Shown here: positions 8,748 to 17,578 of the stretch, in pieces
How the letters are laid out: each line of letters begins with the position of its first letter
Numbering within the stretch: position 1 is the stretch's first letter
Origin: Planctomycetales bacterium
GTDB lineage: Bacteria > 4484-113
DNA: 25,125 nt
Reading direction: 5' to 3'
Assembly (NCBI GenBank): GCA_037445915.1
Contig: JBBIJQ010000026.1
Location: 1 to 25,125 of the forward strand
Notes under the pieces: generated by a model
What the model saw: only the letters and a program-made list of their open reading frames with translations
Database searches by the model: none
Told to the model about the DNA's origin: nothing
Position numbers and translations under genes: made by a program

Positions 8748-9788
8748 GTGAATGAAGGGAAGAAAATCCGCCTAACCGAGTACGCTTCCTGCGCAGGATG
8801 AGCCTCCAAGGTGGGTCAGGTTGACCTACGGGAGATACTCGCCGGAGTTGGCTTCTTCACGACTCCCGAAGTTTCATCAAGCATGGCGCGAGGGGATGAT
8901 GCGGGGGTCTATAGGCTGCGCGACGACCTCGCGCTAATACAGACTGTGGATGTCTTTACGCCGATTGTGGACGAGCCGCGCGACTACGGCCGCATAGCGG
9001 CAGCCAACTCGCTCTCCGACGTTTACGCGATGGGCGGCAATCCCATCACCTGCCTCGCGATAATGGCAGCGCCTGCAATGGAATTCCCAAACTGGGTAAT
9101 GAGCGAAATCCTCGCGGGCGCGAATGAAATCGCCAAGCTCGCGAGTGCGCCCATCATAGGCGGACATTCCCTGAAGCTTCGCGAACCTGCATTCGGCCTA
9201 GCCGTCACGGGCATAGCGCACCCTTCGCGCATCATCGGCACTGAAGGTGCGCAACCCGGAGACGCGCTTGTGCTTACTAAGCCGTTAGGCAGCGGCATCA
9301 TAACGACTGCCGCCAAAAGCGGAGAAGCGATTGATGCAGCGCTGAATGGCGCGATAAGTGCAATGTCGTGCCTTAACCGTATCGCCAGCGAAGCTATGCA
9401 GAACCTCACCCGCGCAGCGGCCACCGACGTCACCGGCTATGGCCTGCTCGGGCATCTCTGGCACATTCTTGAAGCATCGGGAGTGGGCGCGCGCATAAGC
9501 TTCAAAGATATACCGCCGCTGAAGGGAGCGCTGGAGTTGGCGCTCAAGTTCGTGCCCGGCGGGACTATGAAGAACTTCCAGTTCGCCTCGGCATTCGCGG
9601 ACTTTGGCTCGCTTGCCTACGAGGAAAAGATGCTCATTTGCGATGCGCAAACTTCCGGCGGCCTGCTCATTGCCTGCCCTCTCGGCGAGCTGTCAGAGCT
9701 GCTTCACGAAATCACTAGACGCGGCGAGGAAGCGTGGGTCATCGGCGAGCTTACGCAGAAAGGCGCGCCCGTTGTTACAATAAGCTGA
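8748..9788 (+). CDS. selD: Selenide, water dikinase (selenophosphate synthetase), selenocysteine-containing
   Basis: Reading from GTG 8748: MNEGKKIRLTEYASCAG-U(TGA 8799-8801)-ASKVG, the SelD active-site G(C/U)xxK motif; body has DDAGVY, QTVDVFTPIVD, AAANSLSDVYAMGG, GGHS, LTKPLG, TDVTGYGLLGH, DAQTSGGLL. Confidence 0.95.
8804..8834 (+). promoter_or_regulatory. Bacterial SECIS element
   Basis: GTGGGTCA (8811-8818)/GGT loop/TGACCTAC (8822-8829) with lower stem CTCC (8804-8807)/GGAG (8831-8834), immediately 3' of the UGA; G-starting apical loop 17 nt after UGA. Confidence 0.8.
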
Positions 9789-9814
9789 TACACGATGGAG
9801 AGCGGTTTATCCAT

Positions 9815-9839
9815 TGCTATAATTTTCATCTGCTAGAAT
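9815..9839 (+). promoter_or_regulatory. Two tandem extended -10 boxes upstream of DUF1844-kdsA
   Basis: TGCTATAAT (9815-9823) and TGCTAGAAT (9831-9839); GGAG and ATG 9849 follow. Confidence 0.55.
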
Positions 9840-9848
9840 GGGAGCATC

Positions 9849-10379
9849 ATGAACGACAACGAGTTTGAGAATGGCGAAAAGAAACGCGGCAAGGTAATCA
9901 TTGAAGATAAGCGCTTTATGCGCGAAGACAGCGTGGCTGAGGAAAAGCCCAAGGCTGAAGAAGCTGCGCCCAAAAAGCCCGCGCATACACACAAGCACGA
10001 GCACAAAGCTGCCGCTGGACAGCCCGCCGAAGGCGGGCAGGAAGGCGTGAACCTTTTTGATATCGGTATTGAGGGCTTCATTGAATACAACCTCGGCATG
10101 GTCCTCCAGTTCGCGTGGGTTTACATGGGAATGGCGCCCAGCCCCTCCACCGGCCTCATCGCGCGCGACCTTGAGCGCGCGAAGCTTTGCATTGACGTGT
10201 TTGAATTTATGGCCGCGAAGATAAAGCCCATGCGCCCCAAAGAAGCGCAGGAAGAACTGACGCGCATCACCAAGGACATGAAGCTAAACTTCATCCAAAG
10301 CGCTGCCGCGCCTGAGCCTGAGACTACGCCTGCAGAAGACTCGCCGAGAATTATCACTCCCGATTCGCCCAAGAAGTAA
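9849..10379 (+). CDS. DUF1844-like domain protein
   Basis: KVIIEDKR N-terminus, then AWVYMGM.P.P.TG...RDLERAKL.ID...M pattern; stop overlaps kdsA start (TAATG). Confidence 0.75.
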   Translation: MNDNEFENGEKKRGKVIIEDKRFMREDSVAEEKPKAEEAAPKKPAHTHKHEHKAAAGQPAEGGQEGVNLFDIGIEGFIEYNLGMVLQFAWVYMGMAPSPSTGLIARDLERAKLCIDVFEFMAAKIKPMRPKEAQEELTRITKDMKLNFIQSAAAPEPETTPAEDSPRIITPDSPKK

Positions 10380-11215
10380 TGGCTGGCACCGGCAAAGTAT
10401 TCCTGGAGCAATACGGCATCACTATCGGAAACGACAGGCCGTTCACGCTCATTGCCGGCCCGTGCGTGCTGGAAGACAGCGGCAGCTACTTAGCGGTTGC
10501 GGAAAAGCTATCAGAGCTCACGCGCGAGCTGGGCATTCCCTACATCTTCAAGGCGAGCTACGACAAGGCCAACCGAAGCTCCATCCACAGCTACCGCGGC
10601 TTCGGGCTTGAACGCGGGCTGGAAGCGCTGGCGCAGGTGCGCGAGAAATTCGGCGTGCCCGTGCTCACCGACGTGCATTCGCCGGAGGAAGCGGCGCAGG
10701 CTGCGACGGTCGTTGATGTGCTGCAGGTGCCCGCGTTCCTCTGCCGCCAGACCGACATCATCGCGGCGGTGGCTGCAACCGGCATACCAGCGAATATCAA
10801 GAAGGGCCAATTCCTTTCGCCGCCCGAAGTCGGCAACATAATCGCGAAGTTCGCCGAAGGCGGCGGCAAGGACCTCATCATCACCGAGCGTGGCACGACC
10901 TTTGGCTACAACAATCTCGTAGTGGACATGCGCGGCTTCCCGCAGATAAAGGCGATGGGAGTGCCTGTGTGCTTTGACGCGACGCATTCGGTGCAGCTTC
11001 CCGGCGGCGGCGGCACGAAAAGCGGCGGCCAGCGCGAGTTCGTCATGCCGCTTTCGCGAAGCGCGCTAGCGCAGGGCATCGCCGCGCTGTTCTGGGAAGT
11101 CCACCCCAAGCCTGAAGAGGCTAAGAGCGACGGTCCGAACATGATTTCCCTCACCGAAATGCCAATGCTGCTTAAGGAACTCAAAGCGCTTGATGGGTTC
11201 GTTAAGGGGAGATAA
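10379..11215 (+). CDS. kdsA: 3-deoxy-8-phosphooctulonate (KDO8P) synthase, metal-dependent type
   Basis: IAGPCVLE, FKASYDKANRSS, PAFLCRQTD, KKGQF, TERG..FGYNNLVVD, FDATHSVQ, SDGPN. Confidence 0.97.
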   Translation: MAGTGKVFLEQYGITIGNDRPFTLIAGPCVLEDSGSYLAVAEKLSELTRELGIPYIFKASYDKANRSSIHSYRGFGLERGLEALAQVREKFGVPVLTDVHSPEEAAQAATVVDVLQVPAFLCRQTDIIAAVAATGIPANIKKGQFLSPPEVGNIIAKFAEGGGKDLIITERGTTFGYNNLVVDMRGFPQIKAMGVPVCFDATHSVQLPGGGGTKSGGQREFVMPLSRSALAQGIAALFWEVHPKPEEAKSDGPNMISLTEMPMLLKELKALDGFVKGR

Positions 11216-11225
11216 TCCCCGAACT

Positions 11226-11502
11226 TTAGGCAGGGCTTTCGCCCGGCTCTGCTCTTCCTGGTGGCACGGACGACTCGTCTGTGCGCTTAGTTGCACAGCC
11301 CAAAGGGCTGTGATGCAACTGCCTGGAAGCTCAATAATCAACCAATGTGTACGCCGGACTCACCAGCGCGGCTGTGGATACGCGACCTAACGGTCGCGTG
11401 ATTCAATGCACAAGCTGGATGCATGTGCCACTATTCAGACTCCCAGATGGCGGGGCACATGTCCCCTCCTTACAGTGAGAGCCGCACTGAAGCGCCGCCT
11501 AC
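11226..11502. repeat. Cluster of REP-like palindromes between convergent kdsA and kbl
   Basis: Hairpins at 11226-11251, 11261-11284, 11289-11320, 11380-11399, 11407-11431, 11449-11473, 11477-11502; several start GTAG/GTGG/GTAA; two families recur at 21566-21697. Confidence 0.7.
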
Positions 11503-11526
11503 CCTGATAGCTGTAATTATCCGAGG

Positions 11527-12780
11527 CTACATCCCGTACTTGGCGATGATTTCGTCCTTCTTCAAGCCGAGGATGCCGTACTTGTCGCCGATCTTCGTAA
11601 ACGCCTCAAGCGCCTTGTCCAAATGGTGTTTGTCGTGGGCGGCGGAAAGCTGCGTTCTGATGCGCGCGGCGCCGTTCGGGACCACCGGGAAGAAGAAGCC
11701 GATGACGTAGATGCCCTCGTAGAAGAGGTCGCGCGCGAAGTCCTGCGCGAGCTTGGCGTTGTAGAGCATGACTGGCACGATGGGCGTGTTGCCGGCCTTC
11801 AGGTCGAAGCCTGCCTTGGTCAGGCCCTCGCGCCAGTAGTTCGTGTTCCACTCCAGCTTGTCGCGGCGCTCGGTCGAGGCGGAGATGAGGTCGAGCACCT
11901 TGTTCGCGCCCGCGACGATTACCGGCGCGACGGAGTTGGAGAATAGGTAGGGGCGCGCCTTCTGGCGGCACATTTCCACAAGCTCCGCGCGACCGCTGAC
12001 GCAGCCGCCGGACGCGCCGCCGAGCGCCTTGCCCAGCGTCGTCGTGATGACGTCAATGCGCCCCAGCACGCCGCATGCCTCGTGCGTGCCCTTGCCGCGC
12101 TTGCCGATGAAGCCCGATGCGTGCGAGTCGTCAACCATCACCATCGCGTCGTACTTGTCGGCCAGCTCGCAAATCTCGTCAAGCTTCGCCGTGTCGCCGT
12201 CCATGGAAAACACGCCGTCGGTGATGATCATGCGCTGGCGGGCGGTCTGGAACTCCTGTAGCTTGCGCTCCAGGTGCTTCATGTCGGAATGCTTGAACGT
12301 GTCGTATTTCGCGGAGCAAAGCTTCATGCCGTCAACGATGCTCGCGTGTACCAGGCGGTCGGAGAGCATCACATCGTCGGGCGTGAGCACCGCTTCAAAC
12401 AAGCCTGCGTTGGCGTCCATGCACGACGGGAAAAGCACTGTATCCTCGGTCTCAAGGAACGAGGTGAGCTTGTTTTCCAGCGTGCGGTGGATGTCCTGCG
12501 TTCCGCAGATGAAGCGCACTGAAGACATGCCGTAGCCGCGGTCGCCCAAGCCCTCGTGCGCCGCCGCGACAACGTCAGGGTGGCTGGAGAGGCCGAGATA
12601 ATTGTTGGCGCAGAAATTGAGCACCGGCGCAGGCTTTACGCCCTTGCCCACCGGGAATTCAACTTCAATCTCCACGCCCTGCATGGAATGGATGTAGCGT
12701 TCTTCCTTGAACAAGCCCTTTTCAGAAAGGCCGCCCAGAATTTCCTGATACTGGCTTCGCGCCTTATCAGAATAAGCCAT
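11527..12780 (-). CDS. kbl: Glycine C-acetyltransferase (2-amino-3-ketobutyrate CoA ligase)
   Basis: FKEER, NFCANNYLGL, SVRFICGTQDIH, TDGVFSMDG, DDSHA, PLP lysine TLGKALGG, RPYLFSN, ARIRTQLSA; RBS AAGGAG. Confidence 0.92.
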   Translation of the reverse strand: MAYSDKARSQYQEILGGLSEKGLFKEERYIHSMQGVEIEVEFPVGKGVKPAPVLNFCANNYLGLSSHPDVVAAAHEGLGDRGYGMSSVRFICGTQDIHRTLENKLTSFLETEDTVLFPSCMDANAGLFEAVLTPDDVMLSDRLVHASIVDGMKLCSAKYDTFKHSDMKHLERKLQEFQTARQRMIITDGVFSMDGDTAKLDEICELADKYDAMVMVDDSHASGFIGKRGKGTHEACGVLGRIDVITTTLGKALGGASGGCVSGRAELVEMCRQKARPYLFSNSVAPVIVAGANKVLDLISASTERRDKLEWNTNYWREGLTKAGFDLKAGNTPIVPVMLYNAKLAQDFARDLFYEGIYVIGFFFPVVPNGAARIRTQLSAAHDKHHLDKALEAFTKIGDKYGILGLKKDEIIAKYGM

Positions 12781-12800
12781 TATGTTCTCCTTCGCCGGGG

Positions 12801-13052
12801 CTACTGCGCCTCAGGCCTGTATTCGCGCACAAGCGCCATGATTTTGCGCACCGTGTCAAAGGCTTCCGGGGTCGCCTTATCATCGGGGATTTTGATGTCG
12901 TACTTGTTCTCCAGGAAGGTCTTCAGCGAGACCATGGAGAACGAGTCTACGATGCCGCTTGAGATGAGGGGGTCGTCCAAGCCGGGCGCATCATCGTCGT
13001 CTTCAAGGTATTCGTCCTTGACATACTGAGTGATCATTTCTTCCATTGCCAT
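12801..13052 (-). CDS. Acyl carrier protein
   Basis: 83 aa, acidic, phosphopantetheine site GIVDSFSMV, LE.KY.I.IPD, FDTV..I; RBS AAGGAG. Confidence 0.9.
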   Translation of the reverse strand: MAMEEMITQYVKDEYLEDDDDAPGLDDPLISSGIVDSFSMVSLKTFLENKYDIKIPDDKATPEAFDTVRKIMALVREYRPEAQ

Positions 13053-13067
13053 GGCGGGTCTCCTTGT

Positions 13068-14786
13068 TTAATCGTCCAGGGTTGATAAATCGCCCACGGG
13101 CTCGCCGCGGTCAATCGCGCGCAACACGCGGCGCATGATTTTGCCGCTGCGCGTCTTGGGCAGGCTGTCAACGAATTCTATGTACTGCGGCATTGCCAGT
13201 GGCGACAACCGCTTACGGACAAAGTTCATGATGTTCAGTTCAAGGTCCTTGCTCGGCGCGAAGCCGGGGTTGAGCATGATGTAGGCCTTCACGACTTCCA
13301 TGTTCACCGGGTCGGGCGTGCCGATGGCTGCGGACTCAGCGACGGCCTCGTGCTCAAGAAGCGCCGACTCAACTTCAAACGGCGCGACGAGGTGGCCGCC
13401 GGTGTTGATGACGTCGTCGTCGCGGCCTTCAAACCAGAAATAGCCGTTCTCGTCAATCCGCGCGCGGTCTCCGGTGAGATACCATCCGTTTTTGAATTTC
13501 TTGGCGTAAGTCTCCGGGTTCTTCCAATACTGGCGGAACATGGACGGCCACGGCGGCTTGATGGCTAGTTTACCGGCCACATTGGGCTTAGTGATTGGCT
13601 CAAATGTAATGTCATCAAGCACGCCGGCTGTGATGCCGGGGAATGGCTTGCCCATAGAGCCGGGAAGCACTTCCATTCCGGGGAAGTTGGTCACCATTAT
13701 CGCGCCGGTTTCGGTCTGCCAGAAAGTGTCGTGGAACGGCAGCCCGTAAACCTTGTCAGACCAGATGACCGCTTCGGCGTTCAGCGGCTCGCCGACGCTT
13801 GCGAGGTGGCGCAGCGACGACAAGTCGTATTGCTTGATTATCTCCTCGCCTTCGCGCATCAACAGGCGGATTGCGGTCGGCGCTGAATACCACATGGTAA
13901 CTTTGTGGTTCTGCATCGCGCCATACCAGCGGGGTGGCACGAAGCCCACTTCCATAACGAGCTGCGTCACGCCGATTGACCATGGGCCGATGACGCCGTA
14001 GGAAATGCCGGTGACCCATCCGGGGTCGGCTGAGCACCAATATACGTCCTCAGGCTTCAAGTCCAGTACCCATTTCGTCGTTAGGTGCTGGGCGTATAGC
14101 GAGCCGTGGACATGCTGCGCGCCTTTAGGCTGGCCGGTCGTGCCGGATGTGTAATGCAGGACTGATGGAGTCTCAACCTGCGCCGGGAAGATGGGGAACT
14201 CGTCAACGCGCGGCGCTGCTTCCACATCAAAGGTCAACTCGTCAGCGAGGAGCTTCTCACCCTCGGCGGGATCAATGATTATTACGTGCTTGAGCGCGGG
14301 AAGCTCAGGGCGCGCTTTGCGAAGTTTCTTCGCAAGCTTGTGGCTCGTTACGCAGCCCACGGCATCGCAGTTACCAAGGCGCATCACAAGCGCTTCCTCG
14401 CCAAACGCAGAGAACAGAGGGACTGCGATTGCACCGAGTTTGAGGATGCCGAAGAATGCAAAGTAGAGCGAAGGCACGCGGTCAAGGAAAATAGCCACGC
14501 GGTCTCCCGGCTGCACTCCGAGGTCTTCAAGCTTCTTGGCGAATGCGTTGCTGTAAAGGCGGATTTGGTTGAAAGTGTATTTGCGCACTTCGCCGTCGTT
14601 GCCTTCCCAGATTAAGGCGACTTTGTCGCCCAGCCCGCGCTCGCAGTTGCGCTCAACGCAGTAGTAGGCGATGTTAAGCGGCTGGCCTTTTTCGTGACCG
14701 AGTTCGGCAGCCGCCACGTCCCATGTAAAGCCTTTGACGCGCTCTTCATAGGAGCCGATATTTGTCCCTTCAGCGGGGATCTTCAT
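13068..14786 (-). CDS. acsA: AMP-forming acetate--CoA ligase (AcsA type)
   Basis: YTSGTTGQPKG, ADPGWVTG, SAPTAIR, SVGEPLN, DTFWQTETG, YLTGD, GRDDD, PKTRSGKIMRR, GDLSTL; RBS GAGG. Confidence 0.9.
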   Translation of the reverse strand: MKIPAEGTNIGSYEERVKGFTWDVAAAELGHEKGQPLNIAYYCVERNCERGLGDKVALIWEGNDGEVRKYTFNQIRLYSNAFAKKLEDLGVQPGDRVAIFLDRVPSLYFAFFGILKLGAIAVPLFSAFGEEALVMRLGNCDAVGCVTSHKLAKKLRKARPELPALKHVIIIDPAEGEKLLADELTFDVEAAPRVDEFPIFPAQVETPSVLHYTSGTTGQPKGAQHVHGSLYAQHLTTKWVLDLKPEDVYWCSADPGWVTGISYGVIGPWSIGVTQLVMEVGFVPPRWYGAMQNHKVTMWYSAPTAIRLLMREGEEIIKQYDLSSLRHLASVGEPLNAEAVIWSDKVYGLPFHDTFWQTETGAIMVTNFPGMEVLPGSMGKPFPGITAGVLDDITFEPITKPNVAGKLAIKPPWPSMFRQYWKNPETYAKKFKNGWYLTGDRARIDENGYFWFEGRDDDVINTGGHLVAPFEVESALLEHEAVAESAAIGTPDPVNMEVVKAYIMLNPGFAPSKDLELNIMNFVRKRLSPLAMPQYIEFVDSLPKTRSGKIMRRVLRAIDRGEPVGDLSTLDD

Positions 14787-14826
14787 GCAAACACCTCACG
14801 AACTATTGTATTTCGCAATGCCAGCG

Positions 14827-15888
14827 TTACTCGTCCGAAGGCATCGGATTAAACACCAGCTTGGAAGCGGGCTCGCGGCGGTTGCACACCAAATCAAGCC
14901 CCTTTAAAGCGTCTTTGAACGGTATGACGTGCGTGATAACGGGCGAAGGGTCTACGAGCTGGTAGTCCAGCAGCGCTTTCACCTGGAACCAGGTCTCAAA
15001 CATCTTGCGCCCGTTTATCGCTATAAGGTTAGCGCCCTTGAACACGAGCCCTTCGGCGTAATCCACTTCAATCGGGCGTGAAGGGATTCCGAAGGCGATG
15101 AACGTGCCGGTGCGTTTTAGCATTGCAAGCCCGTCGTGTATCGCGGCATGGTTGCCGGCCATATCCAACACGACATCAACCCCGCCGTTAGTTTCTTCAA
15201 TTATTCGGCGCACGTAATCATTTTCCTTTTCAACGTTGACGGAGATATGCGCGCCCATCTTGCGCGCGATGTCCAAGTTGAAATCAATCATTCCAAGGTT
15301 GTAGATGACCGTGGCGCCGACAGCTTTCGCAATACCGCAGGCGAAGCAGGCAATCGGGCCGTCTCCAATGATGGCGACTTTCTTCAGCGAGACTTTGCCT
15401 TCCATCACGCAGTAGGTCGCGTTGCCGAAAGGCTCTTGAATTGAAGCCGTTACCAAGGAGAGGCCGGGGTCGTTCTTCCAGCACACAATCTCTGGAACGG
15501 CAACGTATTCCGCGAACACGCCGTTACGGTCAACACCAAGGATTTCCACATTTGCGCATAGGTGCATGTTGCCGGTGAGGCATTGAGCGCAATGGCCGCA
15601 GGGTATATGTGTCTCCAGCGATACAGAGTCGCCAACCTTGACGTTCTTGCAGCCATGGCCCGTCTCAACAACAGTGCCGCAGCACTCGTGCCCGAATATC
15701 ATCGGGGGCTTGATGCGCCCCTGCGCCCAAGGATCCCAGTTGTAGATATGGTGGTCGGTACCGCAGATGGATGCCGCGCGGACTTTTACTAATGCTTCGC
15801 CGGGCCCCGGCGTCGGGATATCAAGCTCGGCAAACTCCGCGCCCGGAGCGGCTTCCTTTTTGATAACGCAAAGCATCTTGGCGGACAT
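14827..15888 (-). CDS. tdh: L-threonine 3-dehydrogenase (Zn-dependent MDR)
   Basis: SICGTDHHIYNWDPWA, GHE, ETHIPCGHCAQC..G..H.C, ILGVDRNGVFAEY, EPFGNA, INGRKMFETW; same operon as kbl. Confidence 0.92.
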   Translation of the reverse strand: MSAKMLCVIKKEAAPGAEFAELDIPTPGPGEALVKVRAASICGTDHHIYNWDPWAQGRIKPPMIFGHECCGTVVETGHGCKNVKVGDSVSLETHIPCGHCAQCLTGNMHLCANVEILGVDRNGVFAEYVAVPEIVCWKNDPGLSLVTASIQEPFGNATYCVMEGKVSLKKVAIIGDGPIACFACGIAKAVGATVIYNLGMIDFNLDIARKMGAHISVNVEKENDYVRRIIEETNGGVDVVLDMAGNHAAIHDGLAMLKRTGTFIAFGIPSRPIEVDYAEGLVFKGANLIAINGRKMFETWFQVKALLDYQLVDPSPVITHVIPFKDALKGLDLVCNRREPASKLVFNPMPSDE

Positions 15889-15959
15889 AAAGAACCTCTA
15901 GCCCTTGAATTGGGTTTGCCGCCTGGGGAAGCAAAAATTAGCGGCAAGAGCAACCGTTG

Positions 15960-15988
15960 AATCTACTCCTACGGGGCTGGAATGTCAA
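15960..15988 (-). promoter_or_regulatory. sigma70 promoter of tdh-acsA-acp-kbl operon
   Basis: TTGACA (15988-15983) - 17 nt - TAGATT (15965-15960). Confidence 0.7.
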
Positions 15989-16033
15989 TCCCAGCAGGGC
16001 AGTAAGCTGCTAATTAGGTAGCTTTCCGATTAG

Positions 16034-16405
16034 CTACTCGTAACTGGAAGGGGCGGCTGCGCTTTGGACTTTTAGGTCTACAGTAGAGGTTTTGCCCGGC
16101 CGTACTACTATGTTCTTCGGCGAAAGCACCTGCAACTCAATTTGGGCTGCATTCTTCACCATAAAGGTATACGTGCCAGCGGGAACCCCTTCCATTAAGC
16201 TGACACCGCGCTCGTTAGCCTGGTCGTCAACGACTACTTTACCCGTTGAGTCAATCAGCATGAGCGTCACGTAACCGTAAGTCTGCCCTTTCTCATCATA
16301 GATGGTGATCTTAACGACTGACTTAACGTTCTTCTCAATAAACGTGCAGGCGGAAATTCCCACCAAAACAAGCGCAATCAAAGCGAGTATCCAGAGTTTC
16401 TTCAT
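16034..16405 (-). CDS. Small lipoprotein with prealbumin/carboxypeptidase-regulatory-like beta-sandwich
   Basis: MKK + hydrophobic core + ISAC lipobox; G......VPAGTY and V.PGKT..VDL patterns; RBS GGAGG. Confidence 0.75.
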   Translation of the reverse strand: MKKLWILALIALVLVGISACTFIEKNVKSVVKITIYDEKGQTYGYVTLMLIDSTGKVVVDDQANERGVSLMEGVPAGTYTFMVKNAAQIELQVLSPKNIVVRPGKTSTVDLKVQSAAAPSSYE

Positions 16406-16431
16406 CTGCTACCTCCAAATGATAGATGTAA

Positions 16432-17520
16432 TCAGTATAGAACAACTTTGCCGTCGCCGGGGATAACGCCGCCAATCCGCCGCAAGCCTAAGCTTTCGCC
16501 GAAAAGCACCAGTGCGGCATCAGCCTGTTCCGGCGAGACAACGACCGTCATTCCTATGCCCATGTTGAACGTGCCCCACATCTCAACCTCCGCGATGCCG
16601 CCGCGCTCCGCGACTAAATCAAAGACGGGCAGGACTGTGATAGCAGCGCGGTCTATCCGAATATCAAGCCCAGGCGCAAGCATCCTCGCAGCGTTGCCGA
16701 GCAGGCCGCCGCCGCTAATGTGGGCGATTGCTTTTATCTCCACTTCCGCATCGCGCATCTCCTGCAGGTGGCGGTGGTAGATAATCATCGGCTGCACCAC
16801 TTCGTCCGCCAGCGAACGCCCGATACGTGGGTTGAAGCTCCGCCATTCAGCGTCGCTCAAGCCCTCAAAAGCGCGGCGCACCAAGGTCGTCCCGTTTGCG
16901 TGAATGCCGCTGGAGGGGAGGCCCAGCACTACATCGCCCGGCACAACAGCACTGCCGTCAACCATATACGGGCGGTCAACTACCCCTACGGCGAAGCCGG
17001 CGAGGTCAATCTCGCCTTCGGCGTAAACCTCACCCATTTCCGCAAGCTCGCCGCCAAGCAGCACACATCCGCATTCCAGGCACCCATCCCTGATTCCGCT
17101 AACGATCCGCTCAACGATACGCGGGTTAAGCTTGTAGCAGGCGATATAATCCAGGAAGAACAGGGGGACAGCGCCGGTCGTTATGATGTCGTTGACGCTG
17201 ACAGCAACCAAGTCGCGGCCCGCGCTCTCCCAGGCGTTAAATCGCGCTGCCAGCTTAATCTTCGTGCCTATCCCATCTGTTGACGAGACAAGCACAGGGT
17301 CGGTGTGCTCATCAAAGTTGGCCTTGAACGCCGCCCCGAATGCGCCTACACCCGCAAGTACGCTGGGTGTGTAAGTCGCTGCGGCAAGGGGCTTGATTAG
17401 TTCAATGGCCTTGTCTTGCGCGGCGATGGAGACGCCAGCCTGCTCGTATGTCAGGCCGCGTTTTGCGGTAGGAATTCCATCATCAGAAGAATTGTGCGTC
17501 ATAACAAGCCCGGGCTCCAT
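16432..17520 (-). CDS. purM: Phosphoribosylformylglycinamidine cyclo-ligase (AIR synthetase)
   Basis: TYEQAGV, STDGIGTK, VNDI...GA.PLFFLDY, GGELAEM, SSGIHANG, AHISGGG, TFNMGIG; exact start uncertain (17520 or 17502). Confidence 0.95.
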   Translation of the reverse strand: MEPGLVMTHNSSDDGIPTAKRGLTYEQAGVSIAAQDKAIELIKPLAAATYTPSVLAGVGAFGAAFKANFDEHTDPVLVSSTDGIGTKIKLAARFNAWESAGRDLVAVSVNDIITTGAVPLFFLDYIACYKLNPRIVERIVSGIRDGCLECGCVLLGGELAEMGEVYAEGEIDLAGFAVGVVDRPYMVDGSAVVPGDVVLGLPSSGIHANGTTLVRRAFEGLSDAEWRSFNPRIGRSLADEVVQPMIIYHRHLQEMRDAEVEIKAIAHISGGGLLGNAARMLAPGLDIRIDRAAITVLPVFDLVAERGGIAEVEMWGTFNMGIGMTVVVSPEQADAALVLFGESLGLRRIGGVIPGDGKVVLY

Positions 17521-17578
17521 ACCCGATAGCCGAGTATATTAGGAAACCTTGGCGCGGAATGCAATACGCCGGGCTTGC

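Noticed and set aside
8799-8801. selD as a nonsense pseudogene
   Set aside because: The TGA is at the catalytic Cys/Sec position, is followed by a SECIS-like hairpin, and the rest of the gene is intact.
6695-9788. Functional coupling of the HppA homologue with selD
   Set aside because: Only 31 nt apart, but selD has its own extended -10 and SelD releases AMP + Pi rather than PPi; adjacency alone is insufficient.
11216-11526. CRISPR array, tRNA or the short ORFs 11190-11390 / 11066-11341
   Set aside because: No identical direct repeats with regular spacers, no cloverleaf/TTCGA arm; ORFs have no RBS or recognisable motif and run through the palindromes.
11527-12780. Serine palmitoyltransferase or BioF call for the PLP enzyme next to ACP
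   Set aside because: Kbl-specific motifs (CANNYLGL, SVRFICGTQ, RPYLFSN), linkage to tdh and an acetate-type ligase pocket argue against long-chain sphingolipid or biotin synthesis.
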